DNA of 64,000 nucleotides from a virus (Duplodnaviria; Caudoviricetes): IMG/VR virus record IMGVR_UViG_3300033463_000011, positions 64,001 to 128,000 of that record; one strand, 5' to 3'. Shown piece by piece: positions 29,287 to 38,322 of this stretch (position 1 is its first letter; each line of letters starts with the position of its first letter). The notes under the pieces were generated by a model. It saw only the letters and a program-made list of their open reading frames with translations, ran no database searches and was not told where the DNA came from. The position numbers and the translations under genes were made by a program.

Positions 29287-29371
29287 ATGATAAATATGTT
29301 TTGAATAAAGGTTTAAAATTCACCTTTGATATCTATATCAAACTAAAATAAGTAAAGGAGAAATAAAAGTT

Positions 29372-30299
29372 ATGTTTACACCATTAGCAATGGGTTGAGT
29401 TTGTGCCCTCGACATTAAGTAATTAGTGTCGGCTACCGCGTTAATTGCTCTGAATCCTTAAAGCCTGTATGCTACAACGTAATCTGAAAAGATAAGCGTG
29501 ATAGAGCGAAAGCAGAAAAAAGTTACAGGATGACCCAAGGTGAAATAAACGCATAGAGATATGTCCTAAAGGTTATTACCAGTTGGTCTTCAGCAGCCAC
29601 TTCGCTAAACTTAATACAGCAAGCGAAAGGTCCATCGATTATCTCCTTGAGGGAGAGTAGAACTCGAAGCAAATGCGAGAAGAAAAATGCGGCTCCTAGC
29701 AATAGGATGAAGATATAATCACAACTTCTGATGAAAATCAGAGATTACAGCGTTGCGACCTGTAGATAAGACAAAGTACAAATCATATGTTAGGCGTAGA
29801 TTCATATGTCCCTCTGTATAAAAACAACTTCGAAATCCGTATATACAACATGGACGGATCCAGCCCTGCAGAATTTTCTGATACACTTACACTCTCTACA
29901 GACGAAGTAGGCGCTATCGAAGAAAATCAAGATGTAATTACAGTACACTATGGTAACGGTTTAATCAAGTTCCCTCAGAAAGTTGATTACGGTGATGTTA
30001 ACTGGACACTTAACTGCTATACAACACCTAATGTACTTGAAGCATTAAGAGCTTGGAGAAGACAGATTTACAATCCGTTGACAGAGACACTTGGATTGCC
30101 TTCGCAGTACATGAGACAAATTTACTTTATAAGATACGATGGTACTGGCGGACAAGCAAGAGACATAATTAAGTGTCCTGGCGCTTGGATACGAAATCTC
30201 AATAACGGCGATATGTCACAAGAAGGCGGCCTTGTCAAGGTAACTTGCTCCTTCGTAATTTCTAGAGCAATTTATCTCAAGCCAGAAGATATCCAGTAA
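29372..30299 (+). CDS. Tail tube protein, intron-split (exons 29372-29395 and 29778-30299; 181 aa)
   Basis: AAGGAG RBS before ATG 29372. Spliced product starts MFTPLAMGTNHMLGVDSYVP and contains NNFEI, IKFP and AWRRQIYNP, a gp19-like tube pattern. Confidence 0.75.
29396..29777 (+). ncRNA. Group I intron (IA2-like), no internal ORF
   Basis: P1 GGGU/GCCC with a U.G pair; P3 CCGCGUU(29436)/AAUGCGG(29686); P-like AAUUGC; Q-like UCAGCAG; P7 GAUUA(29637)/UAAUC(29716); P7.1, P7.2, P8 (GCAA loop) and P9 hairpins. Confidence 0.88.
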
Positions 30300-30324
30300 T
30301 CGTTCAGATTTTCAGACAAATTTC

Positions 30325-30357
30325 AGGTAGGAAGTTAACTCTTCCTACCTATTTTTT
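30325..30357 (+). terminator. Rho-independent terminator
   Basis: AGGTAGGAAG/CTTCCTACCT stem plus a T-run after the tube gene. Confidence 0.75.
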
Positions 30358-30367
30358 ATTCTGGGAC

Positions 30368-30396
30368 TTGTATTATAGGCCTATAGGGCTTATAAT
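30368..30396 (+). promoter_or_regulatory. SigA-type promoter
   Basis: TTGTAT-17 nt-TATAAT ending 6 nt before ATG 30403, so the mRNA may be leaderless. Confidence 0.55.
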
Positions 30397-30402
30397 ATAT
30401 TT

Positions 30403-32475
30403 ATGAATAACTTTTTAAACAGTTTGAAAAATCGAGAAGTTTTTGTAGACGATGATCCTGAGTATGATGCATCTATTTCTGATGTACCTAAGGATAGGTT
30501 AAAACCTTGTGCAATTTGTGGTAAATTATTTATCAAAAAGGGTCGTGGAGTATATTGTGGAAGACAACATTATGTTGCTTGTCTTAATTGTGGAAATAGA
30601 GTTAACATAACACAAAATCACTTTTATAGCACTGCACCTAAAACTTGTAGTAAATCATGTGCTGATTTAGTAGGAGTTAGCACGTTTAAAGAGAATTGTA
30701 TTTCTAAATATGGTGTAAGTAATCCAATGCTTGTTCCAGAGCTTGTTAGAGATATGATATCTAAGCGAAATCCTGATTTTGATTTTGCGTTAAAAGAAAA
30801 GGAACAAATTCATCGATGCGAAGTTTGTGGTAAAGAATTTAAATTTGATTACACTCATCCTCGTAAAACATGTTCTGAAGGTTGCGCTGTAAAATTGCAA
30901 AAAGCTTCCATGCCTTCGTTCACAAAGATTTGTGAATTATGCGGTAAGAAATTTACCACGTCATTTAAGAACGCAAAATATTGCGAAGGTCCACACTATA
31001 GAAATTGCATAATATGTGGAAATCAATTTGAATTAAAAGACACAGGCTCTAATTCCGTTACGTGTTCAGAACACTGTAGATTAGCTGCATATAAGCAGAC
31101 CTGCATGAACAGATATGGAGTAGAGATTGGATCTCAAAGCGAACAAGCGAGAGAGAAGTTAAGTATTGCAGGAAAGAAAAATAATCCTAAACAACCTAAG
31201 GTAGAAGTAATAAAGTCTCCGATTATAAAAAATTGCAGGATATGTAACCTTCCATTTACGCTTGAAAATAATGCACAGCATATCTGTACTAGACAACATT
31301 ATAGAAAATGTGATGTATGCGGTAAGCAGTATGAATTCAATGCCCCATGGACGCAGCTATGCTGTTCAATAGAATGCACACAAAGTAAAAGAGTTTCTAC
31401 TCAAAAGAATTCTCAAGGACTAGACGGAACTCCATTAGATAGTTCTTGGGAGAAGACTGTATATGATTTTTGGAAATCACTTGGTTTAGAAGTAGAAAGA
31501 AATATTCCAATTCAATACGAATATAATGGAAAATCTCACACCACTTTTATTGATTTTAAAGTTAACGGAGTATTATACGAGGTTAAAGGTAGCCATCTGT
31601 TAAGTGGTTCATTTGATTATGGCGGAGTTCCTATTGAAGTTAAATTAGATATTTATAGAAAACATCACGTGATAGTAATTACTGAGAGGAACTCATCTTA
31701 TATTTTTGGGAGTAAAAATAGCAAAGAATCTAACGGGCTTAAGTATCTTAACGTATGCCCTAATCCCTTAATTGGAGTAGACTTCGCATTATTTAAAGAT
31801 TTTCCTAAGTTTCCATATTCAAGTGATAGGCCTATGTGCTTTTATGATGTTAAGGTAAGTAAAAAATTATCTTCGCATGATGCGTTCTATGATAAAAGAA
31901 TAAGGTGGCAAATAATCGAAAACAGGATTCAACACGTTGGAGGATTTATAGATGCAAAAGAAGTACTTAATGGCCTAAATGTAACTCGAATTGCAAAACA
32001 ACCTTCCTGGTTCTCTAAAACATTTGCAAAGCACATAATTACACAATATTGCACTTCAGATATAATTGTAGATCCTTTTGCAGGCTGGGGTGCAAGATGC
32101 GACGCATCTGTTGAATTAGGTAAACTTTACATAGGTTGTGACTTAAATCAAGAATTAGTAAGTTGGCATCAACAGCATAATCGTAATATCATATATGATG
32201 ATGCTAAAGAATTTAAATATGACGGGGAATGTTCAGTATTTATCTGTCCTCCATACCAAGATGTCGAAGTATATTTCAAAGGACAGAATTGTGAGCTTAC
32301 TCAGTGCGAGTGGTTATCAATTGTGATGAAAAATATTCCCAATGCTAAAGAATATGTTATGGTTTGTAAAGTAGTTGATCCCGGTTGGGAAAAGTATATT
32401 GTAGAAGTAAAAGAGAACAAAAGTCATTTCGGAACTAATAAAGAATATGTAACTGTAATACCTAACCTTATTTAA
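30403..32475 (+). CDS. Zn-finger-repeat / PD-(D/E)XK endonuclease / DNA methyltransferase fusion
   Basis: Seven CxxC-led repeats, KYGV/RYGV motifs, nuclease DSSWE...IDF...EVKG, and MTase DPFAGWG...GCDLN...CPPY. Confidence 0.75.
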   Translation: MNNFLNSLKNREVFVDDDPEYDASISDVPKDRLKPCAICGKLFIKKGRGVYCGRQHYVACLNCGNRVNITQNHFYSTAPKTCSKSCADLVGVSTFKENCISKYGVSNPMLVPELVRDMISKRNPDFDFALKEKEQIHRCEVCGKEFKFDYTHPRKTCSEGCAVKLQKASMPSFTKICELCGKKFTTSFKNAKYCEGPHYRNCIICGNQFELKDTGSNSVTCSEHCRLAAYKQTCMNRYGVEIGSQSEQAREKLSIAGKKNNPKQPKVEVIKSPIIKNCRICNLPFTLENNAQHICTRQHYRKCDVCGKQYEFNAPWTQLCCSIECTQSKRVSTQKNSQGLDGTPLDSSWEKTVYDFWKSLGLEVERNIPIQYEYNGKSHTTFIDFKVNGVLYEVKGSHLLSGSFDYGGVPIEVKLDIYRKHHVIVITERNSSYIFGSKNSKESNGLKYLNVCPNPLIGVDFALFKDFPKFPYSSDRPMCFYDVKVSKKLSSHDAFYDKRIRWQIIENRIQHVGGFIDAKEVLNGLNVTRIAKQPSWFSKTFAKHIITQYCTSDIIVDPFAGWGARCDASVELGKLYIGCDLNQELVSWHQQHNRNIIYDDAKEFKYDGECSVFICPPYQDVEVYFKGQNCELTQCEWLSIVMKNIPNAKEYVMVCKVVDPGWEKYIVEVKENKSHFGTNKEYVTVIPNLI

Positions 32476-32555
32476 TTGCAGTAATCGTTATAGCATATAA
32501 CAAATATATTAATGATTGGTTATTTAGATTTACTTCTAGATAATTGGCGCGAATA

Positions 32556-32897
32556 ATGAAGATCTACATAAAATCATCAAAGTATTCATACCAAGGCAGT
32601 GTAGCTGATAAGTTTGGTAATATAAGAATTCGTGATAGTTATTTTGAGACCATTGCGAATAGTGAAGCAGAAGCTAAGCGAAATATATTATCTCAAGCTA
32701 AAAGGAGGTTAGGATTGAAGAATTCTGCATATCTTAAATTAGTATCTCCTGAAAAGATTGATGAATGTGTTGATAATGCTGTAGAAACTTATTCAGGCCA
32801 AGATAGAATATACTGCCCTAATTGCGGAATGCGATTAACAGATGGTGGCTTCTGTCCTAATTGCTATTCCGAAGGCGATGAAACAAATTATAGTTAG
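32556..32897 (+). CDS. Leader-bearing protein (MKIYIKSS) with a C-terminal Zn ribbon
   Basis: Leader; CPNC...CPNC. Confidence 0.65.
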   Translation: MKIYIKSSKYSYQGSVADKFGNIRIRDSYFETIANSEAEAKRNILSQAKRRLGLKNSAYLKLVSPEKIDECVDNAVETYSGQDRIYCPNCGMRLTDGGFCPNCYSEGDETNYS

Positions 32898-32924
32898 CCC
32901 ATATTGAAGTTCTTTCTTTTTAAC

Positions 32925-32959
32925 AAAATGCCCCAAGATTAATTTCTTGGGGTGTTTTG
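32925..32959 (+). terminator. Hairpin terminator
   Basis: AAAATGCCCCAAGA/TCTTGGGGTGTTTT inverted repeat. Confidence 0.6.
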
Positions 32960-33009
32960 TGTCCATGAATCGTTATAGAATATACATTAATATAGGAGAG
33001 TTTATAAAC

Positions 33010-33153
33010 ATGCAAGCAGGCAGACCTAGTAATTTAACTAGCTATGCAAAAGAACTTAGAGAAAATCAGCTTAAGGAGCAAATAAGAATTTTAGAACAAC
33101 AGTTAAATAATGCTCGAAGAGATTTGAAATTATTGGAGAAAAGAAATTTATGA
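33010..33153 (+). CDS. Small coiled-coil protein
   Basis: AGGAG RBS before ATG 33010. Confidence 0.5.
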   Translation: MQAGRPSNLTSYAKELRENQLKEQIRILEQQLNNARRDLKLLEKRNL

Positions 33154-33341
33154 AAACTGAAAAAATAGATAGCTCAGAAAGTAAGATGTTTGAACAAGTT
33201 AGAGAATTATGCGTTCTATGTGCAAAAGGTATAGTTAAGATATCTGATGATACCGGAATTAATCCAAAGTTAATAGCTAAATTTTTCATAGAAGTATTTC
33301 AAAAAATACTAGGGGATATGGAAAGTGATACCAAGGTCTGA
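33150..33341 (+). CDS. Hypothetical protein
   Basis: Coupled ORF. Confidence 0.5.
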   Translation: MKTEKIDSSESKMFEQVRELCVLCAKGIVKISDDTGINPKLIAKFFIEVFQKILGDMESDTKV

Positions 33342-33536
33342 GTTATTTAACTTCAACTATGGAAAAGAAAACTACTTACTTGCGAGGCTCTTAGTAACCA
33401 AACAGTACTTAGAACAGAATAACATAAATGACGCTATCGAATGCTTAAATGATGTGATTTCTGACATACAAACAGACTATAGAAATCCGCTATTTTAAAT
33501 CGGAATCGTTATATATTGTGCAAAGGAGGATATAGC

Positions 33537-33953
33537 ATGGCCATTACTAAGTTTAGAGATAAATATTTCTTTTTATCAAACTTCTATCCAGAAGTTTTAT
33601 ATATTAATGGTGAAATGTATCCATCTGCAGAACACGCTTTTCAAGCAATGAAGTCTTTAGATAAAGATGTTAGATTAGCTATGTCTGTATGCCCTAGTGT
33701 AGCAGAAGTGAAGAGAACAGGTAAAAAGATAAACCTTAGATGTGATTGGGAACAAGTTAAAGTTTCTATCATGAAAGACATACTCCGAGCAAAGTTTTCA
33801 GATCCTGAATTAGCTCAAAAATTAAGAGATACTGGAGACGAAGAATTAATTGAAGGTAACACTTGGGGAGATACTTTCTGGGGAGTATGCAATGGTAAAG
33901 GACAAAATGTTCTCGGAACTTTGTTAATGGAAGTGAGGAAAGAAATCTCGTGA
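33537..33953 (+). CDS. NADAR (YbiA-like) family protein
   Basis: FLSNFY, SAEHAFQAMK, LRAKF, TGDEELIEGN, DTFWG and GQNVLG motifs. Confidence 0.9.
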   Translation: MAITKFRDKYFFLSNFYPEVLYINGEMYPSAEHAFQAMKSLDKDVRLAMSVCPSVAEVKRTGKKINLRCDWEQVKVSIMKDILRAKFSDPELAQKLRDTGDEELIEGNTWGDTFWGVCNGKGQNVLGTLLMEVRKEIS

Positions 33954-34705
33954 AAATTTACGCAAGTAAACAACTTGGCCCCGTATATTACATGGTTAAG
34001 GAACTTTCTATTTTAGAATCAATTGTTAAGCAGGAAGTTATAAAGATTTCGGAAAAACCTGAAAGGGGATACAGTCAACAAGATAAATCTCCTCACCATT
34101 ATGTTTCCTTTTTACGCAGTTTAGATAAAGCAGGAAGAAATCCTAGAAATTGGGTCTATGGCGTAAGATTAGACGGAAATAAACTTACTAATAAGTACAA
34201 AATATCTCCATATTCTCAACCTGGAAATACTATTGGCTATAAGAGCAGTCACCTTAGAGTTAGCTACATATCAGAGTATGACGATGGAACTTATATGGTT
34301 CAGTTAATCGAAAGACCCTCTTTCTTTGTGCCCGAAAATATTTACAGAGATATAGAAAAAGCTATATTGAATGATGTAGAAGGAATTAATGAAAAGAAGA
34401 ATCTAGTTGAGCTAACTGGTAAAAGATCCTATAGGGGCAAAACTGTTGTTAAGAAGTATTTTTACAATACAAAGAATGGTGGAATCCATATAAGCGACAG
34501 CACAGTATCTCCTGAAACTATTTCATACTTAGTCAATCATAAATTAAATGAAACTGAAGAAAGGTATTGGGTTCTTGACAGCAAGACTCAATACATTGAT
34601 ATCTCAGGTTGTATAATAGGATATATTGAACCTAAGGGTGATGATTCAGTTGAACAAGCAATTGATGCAGGTAAACTTCCCCCTAAAAATATTTGGCATT
34701 ACTGA
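33950..34705 (+). CDS. Leader-bearing protein (MKIYAS), possible ADP-ribosyltransferase-like fold
   Basis: VYYM...VSFLRS...LDGNKL...ETEER; GTGA-coupled to NADAR. Confidence 0.45.
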   Translation: MKIYASKQLGPVYYMVKELSILESIVKQEVIKISEKPERGYSQQDKSPHHYVSFLRSLDKAGRNPRNWVYGVRLDGNKLTNKYKISPYSQPGNTIGYKSSHLRVSYISEYDDGTYMVQLIERPSFFVPENIYRDIEKAILNDVEGINEKKNLVELTGKRSYRGKTVVKKYFYNTKNGGIHISDSTVSPETISYLVNHKLNETEERYWVLDSKTQYIDISGCIIGYIEPKGDDSVEQAIDAGKLPPKNIWHY

Positions 34706-34756
34706 TCCATAACCTTTTATGAAAATGAAATACCATTTCCATAAAGGAGAAATACT

Positions 34757-35026
34757 ATGGCACTTATTCCAATGGATGAACTCCAAACATTAAAAGCAGC
34801 AGCTGATGTCAAGACTGTTGCAGATACTGCGGAAGCAGATCAGCAGGAAAAGGAAATTGCTTATCTTATTAACACGGCAGCAAATTGTGGCCAATATGAT
34901 GTAGCATATAACGGAAAAATACTTGAAACTATTCTCACAAAGCTTGAAAGTGATGGTTACACAATCACTTATGATGTAGCTAAAATGAATGCAGAAGACA
35001 TTGCCCATATTTCTTGGGATTCTTAA
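34757..35026 (+). CDS. Hypothetical protein
   Basis: RBS and an upstream AACCTT motif. Confidence 0.6.
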   Translation: MALIPMDELQTLKAAADVKTVADTAEADQQEKEIAYLINTAANCGQYDVAYNGKILETILTKLESDGYTITYDVAKMNAEDIAHISWDS

Positions 35027-35030
35027 AAGA

Positions 35031-35041
35031 GAATCGTTATA
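35031..35041 (+). promoter_or_regulatory. GAATCGTTATA motif (representative of 8 copies)
   Basis: Also at 3513, 17626, 32482, 32967, 33503, 52599 and 55821, always at gene boundaries just upstream of a start. Confidence 0.7.
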
Positions 35042-35078
35042 TTGAGTATAACATATCAAAAGTTCCAGGAGAATTAAT

Positions 35079-36074
35079 ATGAAAGTTTACATTAAATCAG
35101 CAGTAAATATTTCTGACATACAGGCAAAAATAGCAAAGAAGCAAGCTGAGATTGATAAAAAGGTTGCTTGGATAGCTAAGAAAGAAGCAAGTATTGAAAA
35201 GAAACTTAATCTCCTTTCAGGAAAGTTATCTGATGAAGATTATGCCAAACTAGAAACTTTTATCAATGAATTGAAAGTTACAGCGCGTAGAAAGATTCCT
35301 GATGATATTCCAGTAAATACTTGGGGACTTGTCAGAAGCTACGGATATGATTATGAAAGTCCTGAAGGTAAAGCACTTTATAATATAACTGACGACGCAG
35401 AATCCATTTATAATTCTGGTCTAGCTATTAATGAAGCTCAAGGGATATTAGATAAATATAAGAATCAGTTATCTGCAATGCAGGAAAAAGCAGACGAGAT
35501 AGATAGAATTCCTGAATGCTTAAAAGAATTCATGAATAGCATTATTGAGAAATGGGATGAATACGATCTAAAGCTCAAGTATAAGTCAAAGCCTTTTTAT
35601 GACAAACTTAACGCAGACGCAGATACTATCTTATATGAAGGTAATCCCTATCATCGTTACGACTTAAAAAAGGAACGTCTTGCTGAATTATATCCCAATA
35701 TCGAAGAAACTGATAGATGGAGATCAAGCAGAGAGCGTCAGTTCGAAATTGATCACATCATTAATCCCTTCGAAGCTATGTACGGATCATTAAATTATGC
35801 AAGATCTTTCTGGTATATGACTGATGAAGATATTCACAAGCAGAACCAAAAAGCTGGAGAAAATCTCATCCTTGATCTACTTAAAAGAGTAACAAAGATT
35901 ACAGGTCCAGTAACTAGTTGGGCAGGATTGCGCGTTACTAGAGGAAATATAGGCCCAGTAATTAATGGAATTGTTACTGGAGAAGACGGCAAAGCCGAAG
36001 TAGAATCCATATACGCCGGAGGTTATTCTGTGCAGCGACTCCACATCAGGACATTAGTTAAACCTATAAAGTGA
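35079..36074 (+). CDS. Leader-bearing coiled-coil protein (MKVYIKSA)
   Basis: Leader; C-terminal AGGYSVQRLHIR. Confidence 0.65.
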   Translation: MKVYIKSAVNISDIQAKIAKKQAEIDKKVAWIAKKEASIEKKLNLLSGKLSDEDYAKLETFINELKVTARRKIPDDIPVNTWGLVRSYGYDYESPEGKALYNITDDAESIYNSGLAINEAQGILDKYKNQLSAMQEKADEIDRIPECLKEFMNSIIEKWDEYDLKLKYKSKPFYDKLNADADTILYEGNPYHRYDLKKERLAELYPNIEETDRWRSSRERQFEIDHIINPFEAMYGSLNYARSFWYMTDEDIHKQNQKAGENLILDLLKRVTKITGPVTSWAGLRVTRGNIGPVINGIVTGEDGKAEVESIYAGGYSVQRLHIRTLVKPIK

Positions 36075-36082
36075 GAAATAAC

Positions 36083-36454
36083 ATGAAAATATATTGCTCT
36101 AGAGATTATTCACAAGATTATATAGTTTATCATCTCGATAGGTTTGTAGGAAAAGATATTTGGATAGCAGCAAATGTTGGGCCTAGTAAACACGGATCTT
36201 TAGATAGTGTATATGATTGCACAATAAAAATAATTTCCCAAACAGATAGCAGCTACAAATTTTATAAAGTATATCGTGTTTATTTAGCAGGTCGTGTAGT
36301 TCCTTTGTTAAATGAATCTTTGGAACGAGTTTATACAGCGAGGAAAACTATGATTCATGTAAGAGATCCGCTTACTGTATATACTACAGAGGAAGTGTTT
36401 AATGATTTTGCGGAGTATGGTTCTCATGACGATGATTATGATGATGTAGAGTAG
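36083..36454 (+). CDS. GKDxW-family protein with leader (MKIYCS)
   Basis: FVGKDIWI...PLTVYTTEE. Confidence 0.7.
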   Translation: MKIYCSRDYSQDYIVYHLDRFVGKDIWIAANVGPSKHGSLDSVYDCTIKIISQTDSSYKFYKVYRVYLAGRVVPLLNESLERVYTARKTMIHVRDPLTVYTTEEVFNDFAEYGSHDDDYDDVE

Positions 36455-36456
36455 CT

Positions 36457-36984
36457 ATGGCAGATACAGAACACGGAAAGAAAGCAGAAGAAAAAATTAA
36501 GTTATGGCTGAACCGTCCTCAGGATGGATATAGTTTTGATAGAATTCCTGACCAGATGTCAGGGCTTTATCGTGTTTCAAGAAATATATGCGATTTCGAC
36601 TTCTATAAGTATCCATATATGTATTATTGCGAAAGCAAATGTACTGAGCATGATAGGTTTGAGTTTAATCAGTTAACTGATACCCAGAGAAACGGATTGA
36701 GGTTAAAAGCAGAAATTCGAGGAGTATACGGAATAGTAATTGTATTATTTGCAGCCCAAAAAAGGGCATTTGTATTTGATATAAGAGATATCGCAGATAT
36801 TGATCCTGATAAAGATGCAAAAGCAGATGATAAAACATTCCTTAAGATTAAATCAGTAAATATAAAGAAAATTGATAAATGGACAATTTCATATAAAGAG
36901 ATTAGAACAGTTCCAAGCAGAAAAGAATTTTTAGACTATGAAGGGGAAATAGAAGAATACATGCCGAATAGGAGCAATACATGA
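36457..36984 (+). CDS. RecU-like resolvase/nuclease
   Basis: GKKAEE...CDF...ESK...Q pattern. Confidence 0.65.
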   Translation: MADTEHGKKAEEKIKLWLNRPQDGYSFDRIPDQMSGLYRVSRNICDFDFYKYPYMYYCESKCTEHDRFEFNQLTDTQRNGLRLKAEIRGVYGIVIVLFAAQKRAFVFDIRDIADIDPDKDAKADDKTFLKIKSVNIKKIDKWTISYKEIRTVPSRKEFLDYEGEIEEYMPNRSNT

Positions 36985-37397
36985 AAGTATATGTAAGGTC
37001 TTCAACTTGTACTCAAGACATTCAAAAATTTCTAGGTAAAGATATCTGGGTTAAAGTTAGTGTAGATGTGATTAGATACTATTGGGCAAAAATAGTGGGA
37101 CAATCTGAACATTTTTGGTACATTATACGACTGGATACATGGGACTTAGGCGACTATGGAAAACTCAAAATAGAAGACGGATCTGAATTCATTTCTAAAA
37201 TACGTAAAGACCGATTCAGTTTATCTTATCCAATAGAAGCATATACATCGGCAGAAATGCTTGATATGTTACAACCTACCCCCGAAGGTTACTCACTCGC
37301 AAAATCGGCTAAAGGTAACTACTATTGGCATTATGATGGAGAGAGGTCAGATAACGACGGAATTCAATACGACGTGCCTATAGGTTACCTTATATGA
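36981..37397 (+). CDS. GKDxW-family protein with leader (MKVYVRSS)
   Basis: FLGKDIWVKV...PIEAYTSAE. Confidence 0.7.
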   Translation: MKVYVRSSTCTQDIQKFLGKDIWVKVSVDVIRYYWAKIVGQSEHFWYIIRLDTWDLGDYGKLKIEDGSEFISKIRKDRFSLSYPIEAYTSAEMLDMLQPTPEGYSLAKSAKGNYYWHYDGERSDNDGIQYDVPIGYLI

Positions 37398-37427
37398 TAA
37401 TATATTAAATTAGTTGAGGAGATATTT

Positions 37428-37823
37428 ATGAAAAGATACATTAGAGCCTCAGTTACAGATCTTAAGTTGTCTTATCAAGAAATAAAAGAAATTGAAGCTG
37501 GACTTTATTCTATATTAAAAACATATTTTCATGATAGCAACTATAGTCATACTTCTGCTGTAAAAGTTAGCGGCAGCGATTATGATATACTTCGATATAC
37601 TGCAAGGCCTTATAGTGGTTATTCTAGTTTTAAATCTGCACCGATGATGAACAAAGATTCAGTAAAACTTGCAGATTTTAAGAAAGAGGTAAAAGCATTT
37701 CTGAAACCTTACGGTGTAACTAGAATCAAATACAGCGTATCTAGCGGTAAACTTCATTACGGATACATTTCGGGTCCCGATGATTTTCCTGTAACATATT
37801 TAAACGCAATATACTTCGGTTAA
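37428..37823 (+). CDS. Leader-bearing protein (MKRYIRAS)
   Basis: Leader and RBS. Confidence 0.65.
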   Translation: MKRYIRASVTDLKLSYQEIKEIEAGLYSILKTYFHDSNYSHTSAVKVSGSDYDILRYTARPYSGYSSFKSAPMMNKDSVKLADFKKEVKAFLKPYGVTRIKYSVSSGKLHYGYISGPDDFPVTYLNAIYFG

Positions 37824-37833
37824 GGAGAATACA

Positions 37834-38322
37834 ATGCCTACAAGTAATAATCCTTATGATCTAATAAACGCATTAGAAACAAGATACAATGAATTGATGG
37901 AGGAACAGGAAGATTTAGTTGCTTCAACAAACATAACTGCATCAGATGATGGATATATAGTTACTCCAAATAATCAGAGTGGATATAAAACAATAAACGT
38001 ACATTCAGAGATTTCAAATGTACAAGAAACAGTTATGTTTGAAGGAACCGATCTCGATTTGGTTATCTCCTACTATTGGTGTAACAACGATGAATTGCAC
38101 CCATTCCCTCATGGACCCAATAGAGTTTATGAAGACACTATTCATGCAAGCACTGTTAAGATAGTTGACAGAACATATACTTCAACTATAGGTGGAGATA
38201 TGTCATTTGATGTAGAAACATGGGATTTATATATTGATGGAGTTAAGCAATCCTATGACATAGACGGATATGAATTAGAGGGAAATACTTTATACGTCGA
38301 CGCAATAGTTGGTTGGGGATAA
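37834..38322 (+). CDS. Protein with internal LVAS/ITAS sites
   Basis: RBS; LVASTNITASDD. Confidence 0.55.
   Translation: MPTSNNPYDLINALETRYNELMEEQEDLVASTNITASDDGYIVTPNNQSGYKTINVHSEISNVQETVMFEGTDLDLVISYYWCNNDELHPFPHGPNRVYEDTIHASTVKIVDRTYTSTIGGDMSFDVETWDLYIDGVKQSYDIDGYELEGNTLYVDAIVGWG

Noticed and set aside
29787-30299. Tail tube starting at ATG 29787, as in the ORF track
   Set aside because: No SD is present there, while a strong AAGGAG and a promoter-like motif precede ATG 29372 on the other side of the intron.
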